Below, one piece after another: positions 21,306-31,809 of a DNA stretch of 64,000 nt (the stretch's first letter is position 1; the number at the start of each line of letters is the position of its first letter). Location of the stretch: the NCBI GenBank assembly GCA_963734545.1, contig CAVTHO010000007.1:800001-864000 (forward strand), given 5' to 3'. This DNA comes from an uncultured Spirochaetota bacterium. GTDB lineage: Bacteria; Spirochaetota; Spirochaetia; SZUA-6; Fen-1364. The notes beneath the pieces are model-generated. The model was not told the DNA's origin, searched no databases, and saw nothing but the letters and a program-made list of their open reading frames with translations. Both the position numbers and the translations under genes were made by a program.

Positions 21306-21734
21306 ATGAACACTCAGGTTTCCGTGGACGCACATCCCCGCTATCTCATTGCCACCGATGCAGCCTCGTTCGCCATTGGCGCGGTCCTCCTCCTGCTCGT
21401 CTCCCGGATCCGGTCGCTTCTTTCACCGCTCGCCGCGGCCATTCTCATCATCTGCCTGGCCGTCGGGTTCGGTCTCGACATCCTGGTCTGGTTCCTGAGG
21501 GGCATCCGATCGATCGAGCTCGACGATGAGTCCCTTACTCTCTACCGGGGCCCGTCACTGGAAAAACAGCGCATCGACCGCAGCATGATATCCGCCGTCA
21601 GCATCCGCAGCCGCCTGGGCAGACGGGGCGCGGTGCTCCTGTTCGGCCCGAAGCGCAGGCTGCGGATTGCGGAAGACGCCTTTCCGAACGAAGCATTCGC
21701 GCGATTTCTCTCCGCACTTGCCGGCTGGCTCTGA
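21306..21734 (+). CDS. Hypothetical membrane protein (2 TM plus small soluble domain)
   Basis: Two hydrophobic segments in the ORF. Confidence 0.65.
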   Translation: MNTQVSVDAHPRYLIATDAASFAIGAVLLLLVSRIRSLLSPLAAAILIICLAVGFGLDILVWFLRGIRSIELDDESLTLYRGPSLEKQRIDRSMISAVSIRSRLGRRGAVLLFGPKRRLRIAEDAFPNEAFARFLSALAGWL

Positions 21735-21815
21735 TGCTCCGCAAATAATCCGGCATTTCTGTCGACACTCCCAATGCACGGGTATATACTCGCCGAAAAA
21801 GACGGGAGGGGTGCG

Positions 21816-23075
21816 ATGCCGTACGTCAGCCAGCTCATCGGAAAGCCCGTCACGGACCTCGACGGAACCCGTGTGGGGAGCATCCGGGACATCATTGCGA
21901 GCGTCAAGGGCGGCATGCACCATCCGGAAGTCGTGGCCCTCGAGGTGCGGGCGGGAAGGCGGTCCCTCCTCGTGCCGTTTTCCGAGGTGGCGGTGCTGGT
22001 GGCCCCTGCCGTGCCCCTCGTCCATAACCTTGCTTCGATCAAGCCGTACGTGCCCTCTGAGAACGATCTTTTCCTCATGCGCGATATCCTCGACCAGCAG
22101 ATCATCGACGTGAACGACGTGCGGGTGGTCCGGGTCAACGATATAGAGCTGGCCCGGGTGAACGAGGCATTCTACGTGGCCAACGTCGATGCGGGCCGCA
22201 CCGGTCTGCTCCGCAGGCTCGGTCTCCTGCGTTTTTTTCCCGGCCGGGGACAGAAGGGGCCCGGCGGCAAAGCCCCTGCCGGTTTCATCCCGTGGGATGT
22301 CGTGGAGCCCATATCCAAAAACAGGAAGCTTCGGCTGAAGGTGCCCGGAGACAAGATTTCCGAGCTGCATCCGGCGGACCTGGCGGAGCTGATCAGCGAT
22401 CTGAACAGGGTGGACGGAAGCAAGCTGCTGGAATCCCTCGATCCCAAGACCGCGGCGGAGACCCTCGAGGAGGTCGAGCCCGACTTCCAGGCAAGCCTGG
22501 TCAAGGGCATGCCTGATCAGCGGGTCGCTGACGTGCTGGAGGAGATGGCGCCGGACGAGGCCGCGGACCTCCTGGCCGAGCTGCCCCAGGAGCGCAGCAA
22601 GTCGCTCCTGCGCATGATGGAGAAAGAGGAAGCGGCCGATGTCAGGAAGCTCCTTACCTACCCGGATGATACGGCCGGCGGGATCATGACCACCGAATAT
22701 ACGACTGTTTCGGCCGCTCGGACCGCGGCGCAGGCCATGAAGGCCATACGCCAGGCAGCCTCGGAGGCGGAGACAATTTTCTACGTATATGTGACCGACC
22801 GGAAGGGCCACCTGGATGGGGTGTTCTCCCTCAAGGAGCTCGTTCTTGCCGAGCCAAAGACCGCGGTCTCCGCGTTCATGCACTCACGCGTGATGAGCGT
22901 CAATCTTCGGGATTCCCAGGACCTGGTGGCCCAGGTAGTGAGCAAGTACAACCTGCTTGCCGTCCCTGTCGTGGATGATGAAGGGAGGCTGCAGGGCATC
23001 GTGACGGCCGACGATGCGCTGGACAAGATCATCCCGACCGCGTGGAAGAAACGCCTCCCGCGCCTGTACCACTGA
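21816..23075 (+). CDS. PRC-barrel + MgtE N-terminal + CBS-pair protein
   Basis: RDILDQQIIDVNDVRVVRVND, LHPADLAE, EMAPDEAADLL, YPDDTAGGIMTTE, KYNLLAVPVVD. Confidence 0.9.
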   Translation: MPYVSQLIGKPVTDLDGTRVGSIRDIIASVKGGMHHPEVVALEVRAGRRSLLVPFSEVAVLVAPAVPLVHNLASIKPYVPSENDLFLMRDILDQQIIDVNDVRVVRVNDIELARVNEAFYVANVDAGRTGLLRRLGLLRFFPGRGQKGPGGKAPAGFIPWDVVEPISKNRKLRLKVPGDKISELHPADLAELISDLNRVDGSKLLESLDPKTAAETLEEVEPDFQASLVKGMPDQRVADVLEEMAPDEAADLLAELPQERSKSLLRMMEKEEAADVRKLLTYPDDTAGGIMTTEYTTVSAARTAAQAMKAIRQAASEAETIFYVYVTDRKGHLDGVFSLKELVLAEPKTAVSAFMHSRVMSVNLRDSQDLVAQVVSKYNLLAVPVVDDEGRLQGIVTADDALDKIIPTAWKKRLPRLYH

Positions 23076-23087
23076 TGCCTGTCTGAC

Positions 23088-24335
23088 ATGAAGTACAGGC
23101 GTCGATTCCGGCCGCTTGCGACACGCCTCGCTCTCCTTTTTTCCGTCCTGGGACCCGGAATAATCACGGCGAACGTGGACAACGACGCGGGGGGGATCAC
23201 CACCTATTCGGTGGCCGGCGCCCACTATGGGTACACGACCTTGTGGATCATGCCGCTGCTCGCCGTCGCGCTCATCATGGTGCAGGAAATGAGCGCCCGG
23301 CTCGGCGTCGTGACGGGCAAGGGCCTGGCGGACCTGATCCGCGAACGCCTGGGAGTGCGAGTCACGGCCCTGGCAGTGGCGGTTCTGCTCCTCGCCAACC
23401 TGGCAAACACGGTGAGCGAGTTCGCGGGCGTGGCAGCCAGTATGGAAATCTTCGGTGTGGGCAAGTATCTCTCGGTTCCGATTGCCGCGGCGCTGGTATG
23501 GCTATTGATCGTCAGAGGCAACTATCGTGTCGTGGAGCGCATATTCCTTGCGGCCAGCGCGATCTACCTTGCCTATGTGGCGGCGGGGATCCTGGAGCGG
23601 CCGAACTGGGCACTGATCGGGGGATCGCTCGTAACGCCCCAGTTCGCATGGGACAAGGGCTACATCGGCATCCTCATCACCATCATCGGCACCACGATTG
23701 CCCCGTGGATGCAGTTCTATCAACAGTCCGCGATTGCCGACAAGGGTTTGAAGCCGTCCGACTACGCCTACGAGCGTCTCGACGTGGTCCTCGGCTCACT
23801 GTTTGCCATCGGTGTGGCCGTCTTCATCACCCTTTCCTGCGCCGCGACGCTCCACGCGGCAGGCGTGCGCATCGAGACCGCGCAGGACGCGGCGCTCGCC
23901 CTTCGCTCCCTTGCCGGTCGATACGCCTCGACCTTGTTCGCCGTCGGCCTTCTGAACGCATCCCTGTTCTCCGCCGCCATCCTGCCGCTTTCGACGGCGT
24001 ACGTCGTGTGCGAGGCGTTCGGCTGGGAGCTGGGGGTGAGCAGGAAGATCCGCGAGGCGCCCGTCTTCTTCGGAATCTACACCGCGTTCATCGTGATCGG
24101 AGCCGGCATCATCCTCCTGCCCGTCCGCTCGCTGGTGCAGGCGATGATCGTCAGCCAGACGCTGAATGGCGTCCTGCTCCCGTTCATCCTGGTGATCATG
24201 CTCATACTGGTGAATGACAAGGGGCTGCTCGGAGAAAAGTTCGTCAATCGCAGGGTCATGAACGCCGTCTCGATCGTGGTGATCGCGGCGATCATCCTGC
24301 TCACCCTGCTGCTGGTGATCACCTCGATCATATAA
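23088..24335 (+). CDS. NRAMP-family divalent metal (probably Mg2+) transporter
   Basis: GPGIITANVDNDAGGITTYS, QEMSARLG.VTGKGL, GTTIAPWMQF. Confidence 0.9.
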   Translation: MKYRRRFRPLATRLALLFSVLGPGIITANVDNDAGGITTYSVAGAHYGYTTLWIMPLLAVALIMVQEMSARLGVVTGKGLADLIRERLGVRVTALAVAVLLLANLANTVSEFAGVAASMEIFGVGKYLSVPIAAALVWLLIVRGNYRVVERIFLAASAIYLAYVAAGILERPNWALIGGSLVTPQFAWDKGYIGILITIIGTTIAPWMQFYQQSAIADKGLKPSDYAYERLDVVLGSLFAIGVAVFITLSCAATLHAAGVRIETAQDAALALRSLAGRYASTLFAVGLLNASLFSAAILPLSTAYVVCEAFGWELGVSRKIREAPVFFGIYTAFIVIGAGIILLPVRSLVQAMIVSQTLNGVLLPFILVIMLILVNDKGLLGEKFVNRRVMNAVSIVVIAAIILLTLLLVITSII

Positions 24336-24432
24336 AGTGCGCCCGAAGGGCGCTATCCGCGCGCGAGGTTGACGGCAAAAGGCGTGTCATGACAGTGAAA
24401 GACGGCAGGGGCGCGCCCGAAGAGCGGTGCTC

Positions 24433-25020
24433 CTAGATCGACACGGCCAGCCGCTTTCCTTCCTCGAAGGCGCCCACGTTCATGTCCTTGAACCTGGGTT
24501 TCACGCACTGGGAGATTGCCTCTTCCCAGCACTCCGTGGGGAGATCGAGCGCCGCGGACATGGCGCCCAGGAGTATCACGTTGGCCACCCGGGTGTCGCA
24601 GAGCCTTTCTGCAATGCCGACCGCATCGATATAGGCGAGGCGGCGGAAGGTCTTTCGGAGCCTGTCTTCCGCGTCGGCCGGGTACTTCGCCTGGCCTGAA
24701 GAGACAGTGACGGGAATGATCGCCTGGCTGGATACCACGGCGATTCCGTCGGATGCGAGAAAGCTCGCGAATCGAAGCGCCTCGATCCGTTCCAGGGAGG
24801 CGAGCACGTCCGCCGTTCCCTCCGGCACCAGCGGGCTGTAGACCTTTTCTCCGAATCTGATCTGTGCGACCACGGAGCCGCCTCTCTGGGCCATACCGTG
24901 CACTTCATTGGTCTTCACGTCGAATCCCATGATGAGGGCGGCGCGGGCCGCGATCTGGGTGGCAAGGAGAATGCCCTGCCCGCCGACGCCGACCATCACG
25001 ATGCTCGTGGTCTTACTCAT
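24433..25020 (-). CDS. iorB: Indolepyruvate ferredoxin oxidoreductase beta subunit
   Basis: GVGGQGILLA, EVHGMAQRGGSV. Confidence 0.92.
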   Translation of the reverse strand: MSKTTSIVMVGVGGQGILLATQIAARAALIMGFDVKTNEVHGMAQRGGSVVAQIRFGEKVYSPLVPEGTADVLASLERIEALRFASFLASDGIAVVSSQAIIPVTVSSGQAKYPADAEDRLRKTFRRLAYIDAVGIAERLCDTRVANVILLGAMSAALDLPTECWEEAISQCVKPRFKDMNVGAFEEGKRLAVSI

Positions 25021-26813
25021 GGCACGCCCCTGCGGCGGCAATCGCGATTGCCCCTTCCTTGCAGACCTGCTCGCACAGAGTGCATCCGCCGCACAGGAGC
25101 TCGTTCACGCGGATTTCATCGTTCACCCATTCGATTGCAGGGCACCCAAGCCGCAGGCATGCCTTGCACTTCTTGCACAACTCCTGGTCCACGCGGCGCG
25201 CTCCCCCCACGGATTTCTTTGTGTACAGGGGGCACGGAGAACGTGCGACGATAAGCCAGGGCTCGTCGGATTCCAGCGCCGTGCGGATGGTTTCCGTGGT
25301 CGGCGCCAGGTCGTACGGGTCCACGGTCGCGATGTTCTTGATCCCGCAGGCCCTGCCGAAATCCTCCACGGTGGCCGTGACGGTGTCTTCCCCCAGGAGC
25401 GTGCGCCCCGTGCCCGGGTGCTCCTGATGGCCGGTCATGGCGGTGATGCGGTTGTCCACCACGATAATCGTCGACGCCCCCTTGTTGTAGGCGATGTCGA
25501 GAAGCCCCGTGATGCCCGAGTGAAAGAAGGTGGAATCCCCCACGATGCCGACGACGCGCGGAAGGACGCGCGATTTGTCCGCCCGCTTCTCGTCCGCTTT
25601 CTGCATGCCGTGCGCCATGGAGATCCCACCGCCCATGCAGAGGATCGTGTCGATGCGCTTCAGCGGCGGAAACACGCCCAGCGAATAGCAGCCGATGTCC
25701 CCGGTGACCACCACGTCGAATTTGCCCAGCGCGGAGAAGATGCCCCGATGGGGGCACGCAGGGCAGAGAACGGGCGGCCGGGCAGGAAGGTCCGCATCGA
25801 TCTTGAAGGACGCTTTGGGCGCGCTTTTTCCCAGGGCTGCCGCGAGTCGGTCCGAGGAGAGCTCGCCGATTCCCGGAACCAGGCTCCTTCCCTCGCAGGC
25901 AATCCCGAGGGAACGCACGTGCTCCTCCAGGATGGGATCCAGCTCCTCGACGATGATCAGTCTCCGCACGCCCGCGGCAAACGTCGTGATCAGCTCGTCG
26001 GGGAAAGGCCAGACCCATCCGATCTTCAGCACCGATGCCTCAGGAGCAAGCTCCCGCACGTATTGATAGGCGATGCCTTCGGCGATGATCCCCAGGGAAC
26101 GATCCCCCCACTCGATCCTGTTTGCCGCAGAAGTGTTTGCCGCCGCGGCCAGCGCGGCGAGTCGTTCTTCCAGCCGCGCCCGCATCGGGCGGCCGTACAA
26201 CGGGATGGGTACGAATCGCTGAGGGTTCTTCTGGAATCCCTGCAGAGGAGCTGTCTGCCTGCGCTCACCCAGGGTGACCGCCCCGCTGGAATGGCTGACC
26301 CGGGTGGTGGACCGCAGAAGGACGGGAGTGGTGTGTGTCTCTGAAATCTCCAGGGCGAGCGCGAGAAAATCCTTGGCCTCCTGGGAATCCGAAGGCTCGA
26401 GGATGGGGACCTTTGCCGAACCGCGCGTAGTGCCGCGTGTCCTGCTCATTCTGTGAAGAGTGCATCCCCGGGTCGTCGGCCACGCAGACGGCAAGCCCGC
26501 CGACCGTGCCGATATAGGCCAGGGTCATCAGTGGATCCGCAGCCACGTTCAGCCCCACGTGCTTCATGGTGACGATGGCCCGGGCGCCGGTGAGGCACGC
26601 GCCCGCCGCCACTTCCAGGGCAACCTTCTCGTTCGGAGACCACTCGCAGTAGATGTCCGCCCCGTAAGCACGGGCGGATTCGAGGATTTCGGTGGAAGGA
26701 GTGCCCGGATAGCCCGTGGCGACCGTGACGCCCGCTTCCCAGGCGCCGCGCGCGATGGCCTCATTGCCGGAGAGCAGGGCGCGGGAGGGTTTGGTGTGGC
26801 TCATGACAGCCAC
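25013..26813 (-). CDS. iorA: Indolepyruvate ferredoxin oxidoreductase alpha subunit (frameshift near 26415)
   Basis: GNEAIARG, YPGTPSTEI, MKHVGLNVAAD, RPPVLCPACPH, GDIGCY, GDSTFFHSG, two C-terminal ferredoxin Cys clusters. Confidence 0.93.
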
Positions 26814-26851
26814 TTTTCTACTCCCCGGGGACTCCTGCTGTCAACGCCGCG

Positions 26852-27149
26852 CTACGCGCAGGACCAGTCGATGTATTCCCGGGAAAGGGAGGAGAGGGAG
26901 TCGAGGTGGGAATACAAGGGATATTCGAGCCTGACCTTGTACTCCATCATTGACTGTTCGTACGCGTTGCGTCCGCTCAGGCAGTCGTCCACGAAGGAGC
27001 GCATCTCGATCAGCTTGCGCGACAGGGAGCGCATAGCGTATTCGCGCTCGATCCGCGCGCGCGGGTCCGCCGCCCTGGATCTTCGCGATCTTGTCGATGA
27101 TCGACTTGAGCTCTGATTCGTCGCATTTCATGCGCGTCTTCCAGTCCAT
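26852..27149 (-). CDS. Small hypothetical protein (probable frameshift near 27060)
   Basis: MDWKTRMKCDESELK.. appears to continue in the frame ..MRSLSRKLIEMRSF..DWSCA*. Confidence 0.45.
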
Positions 27150-27295
27150 GGCTTCATGCCTCTCGGGAGTTCCCCTCATGGTGATTATCGGTAGGACGGG
27201 TCTTAATCCTGAAGATCCCCGTCCGGGTTGCTACACTCAAAGGAGGGAATCTGGTATATTGCAGACTTCCACATTCTACGTGCAAGGGAGTGAAC

Positions 27296-27776
27296 ATGAA
27301 GAAGATCCTCGTTGTCGTTTTCGCCATCATGCTGCTCGCGTCCACCTCGGGGGCCTTTGCCGCCAGGGGGACTGGATGGGCCGTCGGTGGCGAGGGCTCG
27401 CTGTACCTCGCAGGGAACGGCGGTCTGCCCGACCAGTGCGATGTTCCTGTTGCACATCCCCAAGATCCCGCTGATGTTCGGCGTCGGAATAAACAGCCCG
27501 TTCTCGATCGGACTCACGGCGGATTACTGGTTCGCGCACGGCAACCTCGTGAGCTTCCTGGACTATTACGTCGGACTCGGGGCCTATGCCCAGATATTCA
27601 CGGATCCCTCCAACGTCGAACTCGGAGGCAGGGTCCCGTTCGGTCTGCAGGTCTGGCCGGTCGGGCAGACCCTCGAAGTCTTCCTCGAGATAGCCCCCGC
27701 TTTCGGGGTCTCGGTGTCGCCCACGCAGTTCGCGTGGCATCTCCAGGGGGCTGTCGGCCTCAGGTTCTGGTTCTAA
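27296..27776 (+). CDS. Outer-membrane beta-barrel protein, DUF3996-like (frameshift near 27430)
   Basis: Signal peptide; ADYW, YYVGLGAY, GGRVPFGLQ, EVFLEIAP; C-terminal GLRFWF barrel signal. Confidence 0.75.
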
Positions 27777-27783
27777 GAACATG

Positions 27784-27807
27784 CGGGGGCCTCTCAGAGG
27801 CCCCCGT
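27784..27807 (+). terminator. GC hairpin after the beta-barrel gene
   Basis: cgggggcctct-c-agaggcccccg; no U-tract. Confidence 0.4.
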
Positions 27808-27836
27808 GCCATATCCACGAGCCGCCGGGCAATGCC

Positions 27837-28754
27837 GTGAAGGTCGGAATCCTCGAGTTCCGCGACAACGATTTTATTCGCAGCGTGGTTGCGGGCCTGG
27901 GCGAGGTTCAGACCGAATTCATACGCGCCGGCCAGGTTCCCCACCCTTCTCCGTCACCCTTTCGCGTCATTGTGGACAGGGTGAGCTTCTCCGATCCGTT
28001 CCTGCGGCAGCTCGTGCGCTACTGGTCGCTCGGCGGCGCCTACGTGCTGAACAACCCTTTTTTCACGCAGATCTTCGACAAGCTCTCCGAGCTGCTCGTC
28101 TACGACAGGCTGTCCATCCGGCACGCCCGCACGGTGCTTCTCCCGAGAGTGAACCGGATCGAGAACGTGACGGAAATCGTCACGCAGCCGGACTGGGGCG
28201 CGCTCGAGGGGCAGGTCGGCTTCCCCTGCATCCTCAAACCGGTGGACGGATATGCCTGGCAGGATGTGTTCAGAGTCGAAAACCCGACCGCGCTGCGCAG
28301 CCTGTACGAAAGCTTCAAGGACACACGCACTCTCATCGTGCAGGAGCTGGTGAGGTATGAGTCGTACTACCGCGCCTTTTGCGTGGGGACCAGGGACGTG
28401 TACCTCGTGAAGTGGACCCCGCAGCCTTTTGACATGGGGGAGTACGCAGTACCGGGTCCGGACGCGCAGAACGGACTGAGGGAGATCATCACCGAGAAGA
28501 CCGTGGCATTGAACGCGGCGCTCGGGCTGGACTTCAACACGGTGGAGTGGTGCGTGACGCCGGAAGGGACACCGGTCGTCATCGATTCCTACAATGACGT
28601 GCCGGATGTGCGTCGGGAAAAGCTGCCGCCCGCCTGCTACGACTGGGTGGTGGATCGTTTCTGCGCCTGCATACGCTCGAAGCTGGCGTCCGGAGAACGG
28701 AACTCTATGGGAGGCTACCTCTCCGGTTCAGATACCGGCACGCTTCCTGGCTGA
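27837..28754 (+). CDS. ATP-grasp protein (RimK/glutathione-synthase-like)
   Basis: VIVDRVS, VLNNPF, GFPCILKPVDGYAWQDV, LIVQE, LGLDFNTVE. Confidence 0.75.
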   Translation: MKVGILEFRDNDFIRSVVAGLGEVQTEFIRAGQVPHPSPSPFRVIVDRVSFSDPFLRQLVRYWSLGGAYVLNNPFFTQIFDKLSELLVYDRLSIRHARTVLLPRVNRIENVTEIVTQPDWGALEGQVGFPCILKPVDGYAWQDVFRVENPTALRSLYESFKDTRTLIVQELVRYESYYRAFCVGTRDVYLVKWTPQPFDMGEYAVPGPDAQNGLREIITEKTVALNAALGLDFNTVEWCVTPEGTPVVIDSYNDVPDVRREKLPPACYDWVVDRFCACIRSKLASGERNSMGGYLSGSDTGTLPG

Positions 28755-29705
28755 GGCGACAATCGCTCCTATCAATTCCTGAAAGCTGATCCCCACCATG
28801 GTGCAGATGATGGGAAGGTCAGAGTGCTGGGGGTGAAGGCCCGCAAGGGGGTTCACCTCGATGAAGCTCGGTTTCCCCTGGGCATCCATCCGTATATCGA
28901 TTCTTCCCGCGTCCCGGGCGCCCAGTGCCTTCCACGCGCTCAGCGCGAGATGCGCGCACGCCTCAGCGTCGGGACCTTTGGCGAGCTCGTACCGGACCCT
29001 GTCGTCACAGTATTCCTTGTTCATGTACGTGTAGGCATTCGCGTCTGCCGTCGACAACGGGATTATCTCCATTGTCCCGGCAACACGCGCGTCCGCGCCC
29101 GAGCCGATGATGCCGGACGTGAACTCTCTTCCGGGCAGGTACTCCTCCACGAGCACCGGCTGGTGGTAGGCGTCCAGCAGTGACTCGCAGATCTTTCGAA
29201 GCTCGTTCCGGCCGCGGATGCGGGAATCAGCGGTGATTCCCTTCCCCGTTCCCTCCCCGATCGGCTTTGCGAACAAGGGGTAGCGCAGCTTTACCTTGTC
29301 GATATCCCCGGACGATTCCACCACGGCAAAGTCGGGCGTCGGCACTCCCGCATCACGCACGACGCGCTTGGTGAGCCCTTTGTGCAGCGAAACGGCGAGC
29401 ACGACGGGGTCTGAGAAAGTGTAAGGTATCCGGTGCGCGTCCAGCAGGGCGGGAACGAGCGCCTCGCGGCCCAGCCCGTACATGCCTTCGCAGAAGTTGA
29501 AGACGAGGTCCCAGCGCTTTCCGGCGCTCAACGCGGCCATCAGACCGCGGTAGTTGCCTATCCGGTCCGTGTGGAGACCTTCGCGGCGCAGCGCCGCTTC
29601 CACGGCAGCGACTGTCTCCTCACGGTCGAACTCCGCTGTTTCGAGCTCCGAATAACCCTCACGGAGCCACTCGGAACGGAGATCATAGGTCAGGCCAACC
29701 GTCAC
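28728..29705 (-). CDS. D-Ala-D-Ala ligase-like ATP-grasp protein
   Basis: DLVFNFCEG, YPLFAKP.GEGTGKGI, VEEYLPGREFT, GRIDIR, IEVNPLAGL. Confidence 0.85.
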   Translation of the reverse strand: MTVGLTYDLRSEWLREGYSELETAEFDREETVAAVEAALRREGLHTDRIGNYRGLMAALSAGKRWDLVFNFCEGMYGLGREALVPALLDAHRIPYTFSDPVVLAVSLHKGLTKRVVRDAGVPTPDFAVVESSGDIDKVKLRYPLFAKPIGEGTGKGITADSRIRGRNELRKICESLLDAYHQPVLVEEYLPGREFTSGIIGSGADARVAGTMEIIPLSTADANAYTYMNKEYCDDRVRYELAKGPDAEACAHLALSAWKALGARDAGRIDIRMDAQGKPSFIEVNPLAGLHPQHSDLPIICTMVGISFQELIGAIVASARKRAGI

Positions 29706-29890
29706 CTCTCACCCCTGTCCTGCACGAGTTTTCCGCGGCAGTATAGAATTTCAGACCGGGCAGAGACAAGAACCTCGCCATGAATCCGGTGACCCGGATG
29801 CCGGCCGGGTTACCGGGTGAATCGTCCGCAACCCTGTTTGCAGCAGCGGCTCCCGCGTTGTAGAGTAGGTATCACATTGAGGAGACGGAC

Positions 29891-30598
29891 ATGAGCATCC
29901 ACATCGGCGCAAAGCCCGGGGAGATCGGCGAGGTCGTCCTTCTTCCCGGCGACCCCCTGCGCGCGGAGTTCGTGGCGCAGACATATCTGAAAGAGGCGGT
30001 GTGCTACAGCAGGGTACGGGGCATGCTGGGCTACACGGGTCTGTACAACGGCGTGAAGGTGTCGGTGCAGGGAACAGGGATGGGGATTCCCTCGATCTCG
30101 ATCTATGTCCACGAGCTCATCGTCGACTACGGGGCGCGGCGTCTCCTGCGCATCGGAACCTGCGGGACCCTGCGCGAGGACATGGCACTCGGTGACGTGA
30201 TCCTCGCCCAGGCCGCCAGCACGGATTCCTCGGTCAACAAGCTCCGGTTCAATGGCTGCGACTTCGCCCCGGCGGCTTCCTTCGGTCTTCTGGTGAAAGC
30301 GCACGAGTATGCCCGCCAGAAGGGAATCCGCGCCCATGTCGGAAGCGTGCTGACCAGCGATACCTTCTACGGGGACGACCCCGACTTCTGGAAGCTCTGG
30401 GCGCGCTACGGGATTGTCGCCGCGGAAATGGAGACTACCGCCCTGTACACCATCGCGGCCGCGCACGGCGTGGAGGCGCTTTCGGTTCTCACGGTGAGCG
30501 ACAGCCTCGTGACCGGCCAGTCCGCCACGACGGAGCAGAGGCAGAAGGGCTACACGGCAATGATGGAGATCGCCCTGGGCGCGGGCACCGCCCGCTAG
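29891..30598 (+). CDS. deoD: Purine nucleoside phosphorylase (DeoD type)
   Basis: LLPGDPLRA, GTGMGIPS, RIGTCG, EMET. Confidence 0.95.
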   Translation: MSIHIGAKPGEIGEVVLLPGDPLRAEFVAQTYLKEAVCYSRVRGMLGYTGLYNGVKVSVQGTGMGIPSISIYVHELIVDYGARRLLRIGTCGTLREDMALGDVILAQAASTDSSVNKLRFNGCDFAPAASFGLLVKAHEYARQKGIRAHVGSVLTSDTFYGDDPDFWKLWARYGIVAAEMETTALYTIAAAHGVEALSVLTVSDSLVTGQSATTEQRQKGYTAMMEIALGAGTAR

Positions 30599-31758
30599 CG
30601 CGACACGCTTCCTGATTCGGTGAGCTTCCGGATCAGGCCTGCGAGCAGCTCGGCCCCGAACACGTAGGCGGACTGCTCGTCGGTGACCTTGAAGCCGGAC
30701 TGGTGCAGCAGGCCATTCGTCCCCGGCAGCCCCACGATAATCGAGGGAACAAGCCGGGAAACGTCGCCCATGTCGCTGGATGCCGCCGAAAACCTGTCCT
30801 CGATGAAGTCGATCCCCTTCTCACCTGCGCTCTTCCGCAGGGCTTCGTGAAGACCGCTATCGACGTGAAACGGGGCGTATCCGCGGACACGCTCCGTCAC
30901 CACGCCGATTCCAAGGGCGGTCGCGCACCCCGCGGCCGCCGCGGACAGGCGTCGGACAGTCTCCTCGACTGTTTCCACGTCCACGCCACGCGCGTACGTC
31001 TCCACGAATGCGGCATCCGGTATCAGATTGACGGCCTGGTCGGGATTGAGACTGAGAATCGGATGGATGCGGATGTGCTTTTCCTCGTCGAAGCCTTCCC
31101 GCAGGAAGGCGCAGGCCTGCAGAAAAAGGCTGGCCGCGTTCTGCGCGTTTCTGCCCAGGTGCGGAGTGGCTCCCGCGTGAGCGCTCTTCCCCCGAAAGGC
31201 GAAGCGGAGCACGTCGAAACCGTTCATCGAGACGACGCTGCTCACCGACCGGGGGCTCGGGAGCGGCGCGGAGTGCGTCGCAACCACATGGCGGAAACCG
31301 GAGAAGATGCCGCGCTCGATCAGCTCCTGCTTCCCGCTCAGCCAGCGTACCGATCCCGCGCGGCGCAGCTCCTCCCTTCGGGCGAGCTCCACGTATTCTT
31401 CAGCCGGCGTGGCGATGAAAGCGGCGTGTTCCAGCGAGCCCGGTGATTGCGTCAAGAGAAGGCACGCCGCCCCGTACATCACCGTCATCTGCTGGTGATG
31501 ACCGCAGAGATGGGCGTATGAGGAGCTCCCGGACGGAAGCGCATCCATATCCGCCACGACGGCAAGAGTCTTCCCCTCGAGCCGACCGTCCATCGTGGCG
31601 ACAAACCCGGGCATGCCGGGAAACTCCTTCAGTGTGAATCCGCTTCGATGGAACCTGTCTGCCAGCAGCTCGTGGGTCTGCCGCTCGAAGAAGCCCCCCT
31701 CTGCCGAGCGCTCCAGCTCCCTGCCCAGGGAAATGAGGGCATCGTTGGTGGCGTTCAC
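30595..31758 (-). CDS. M20-family amidohydrolase
   Basis: ADMDAL, HLCGHH, TPAEE, GKSAHAG, SSDMGDVS. Confidence 0.85.
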   Translation of the reverse strand: MNATNDALISLGRELERSAEGGFFERQTHELLADRFHRSGFTLKEFPGMPGFVATMDGRLEGKTLAVVADMDALPSGSSSYAHLCGHHQQMTVMYGAACLLLTQSPGSLEHAAFIATPAEEYVELARREELRRAGSVRWLSGKQELIERGIFSGFRHVVATHSAPLPSPRSVSSVVSMNGFDVLRFAFRGKSAHAGATPHLGRNAQNAASLFLQACAFLREGFDEEKHIRIHPILSLNPDQAVNLIPDAAFVETYARGVDVETVEETVRRLSAAAAGCATALGIGVVTERVRGYAPFHVDSGLHEALRKSAGEKGIDFIEDRFSAASSDMGDVSRLVPSIIVGLPGTNGLLHQSGFKVTDEQSAYVFGAELLAGLIRKLTESGSVSR

Positions 31759-31809
31759 ATTCCGACCTTAGCCTTTTACCCCCGCTTGGTACAGTGTATT
31801 CTTGTCGCC

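Noticed and set aside
24336-24432. Hairpins and the palindrome tgtcatgaca between NRAMP and iorB
   Set aside because: Short, and adequately explained as termination signals between convergent genes.
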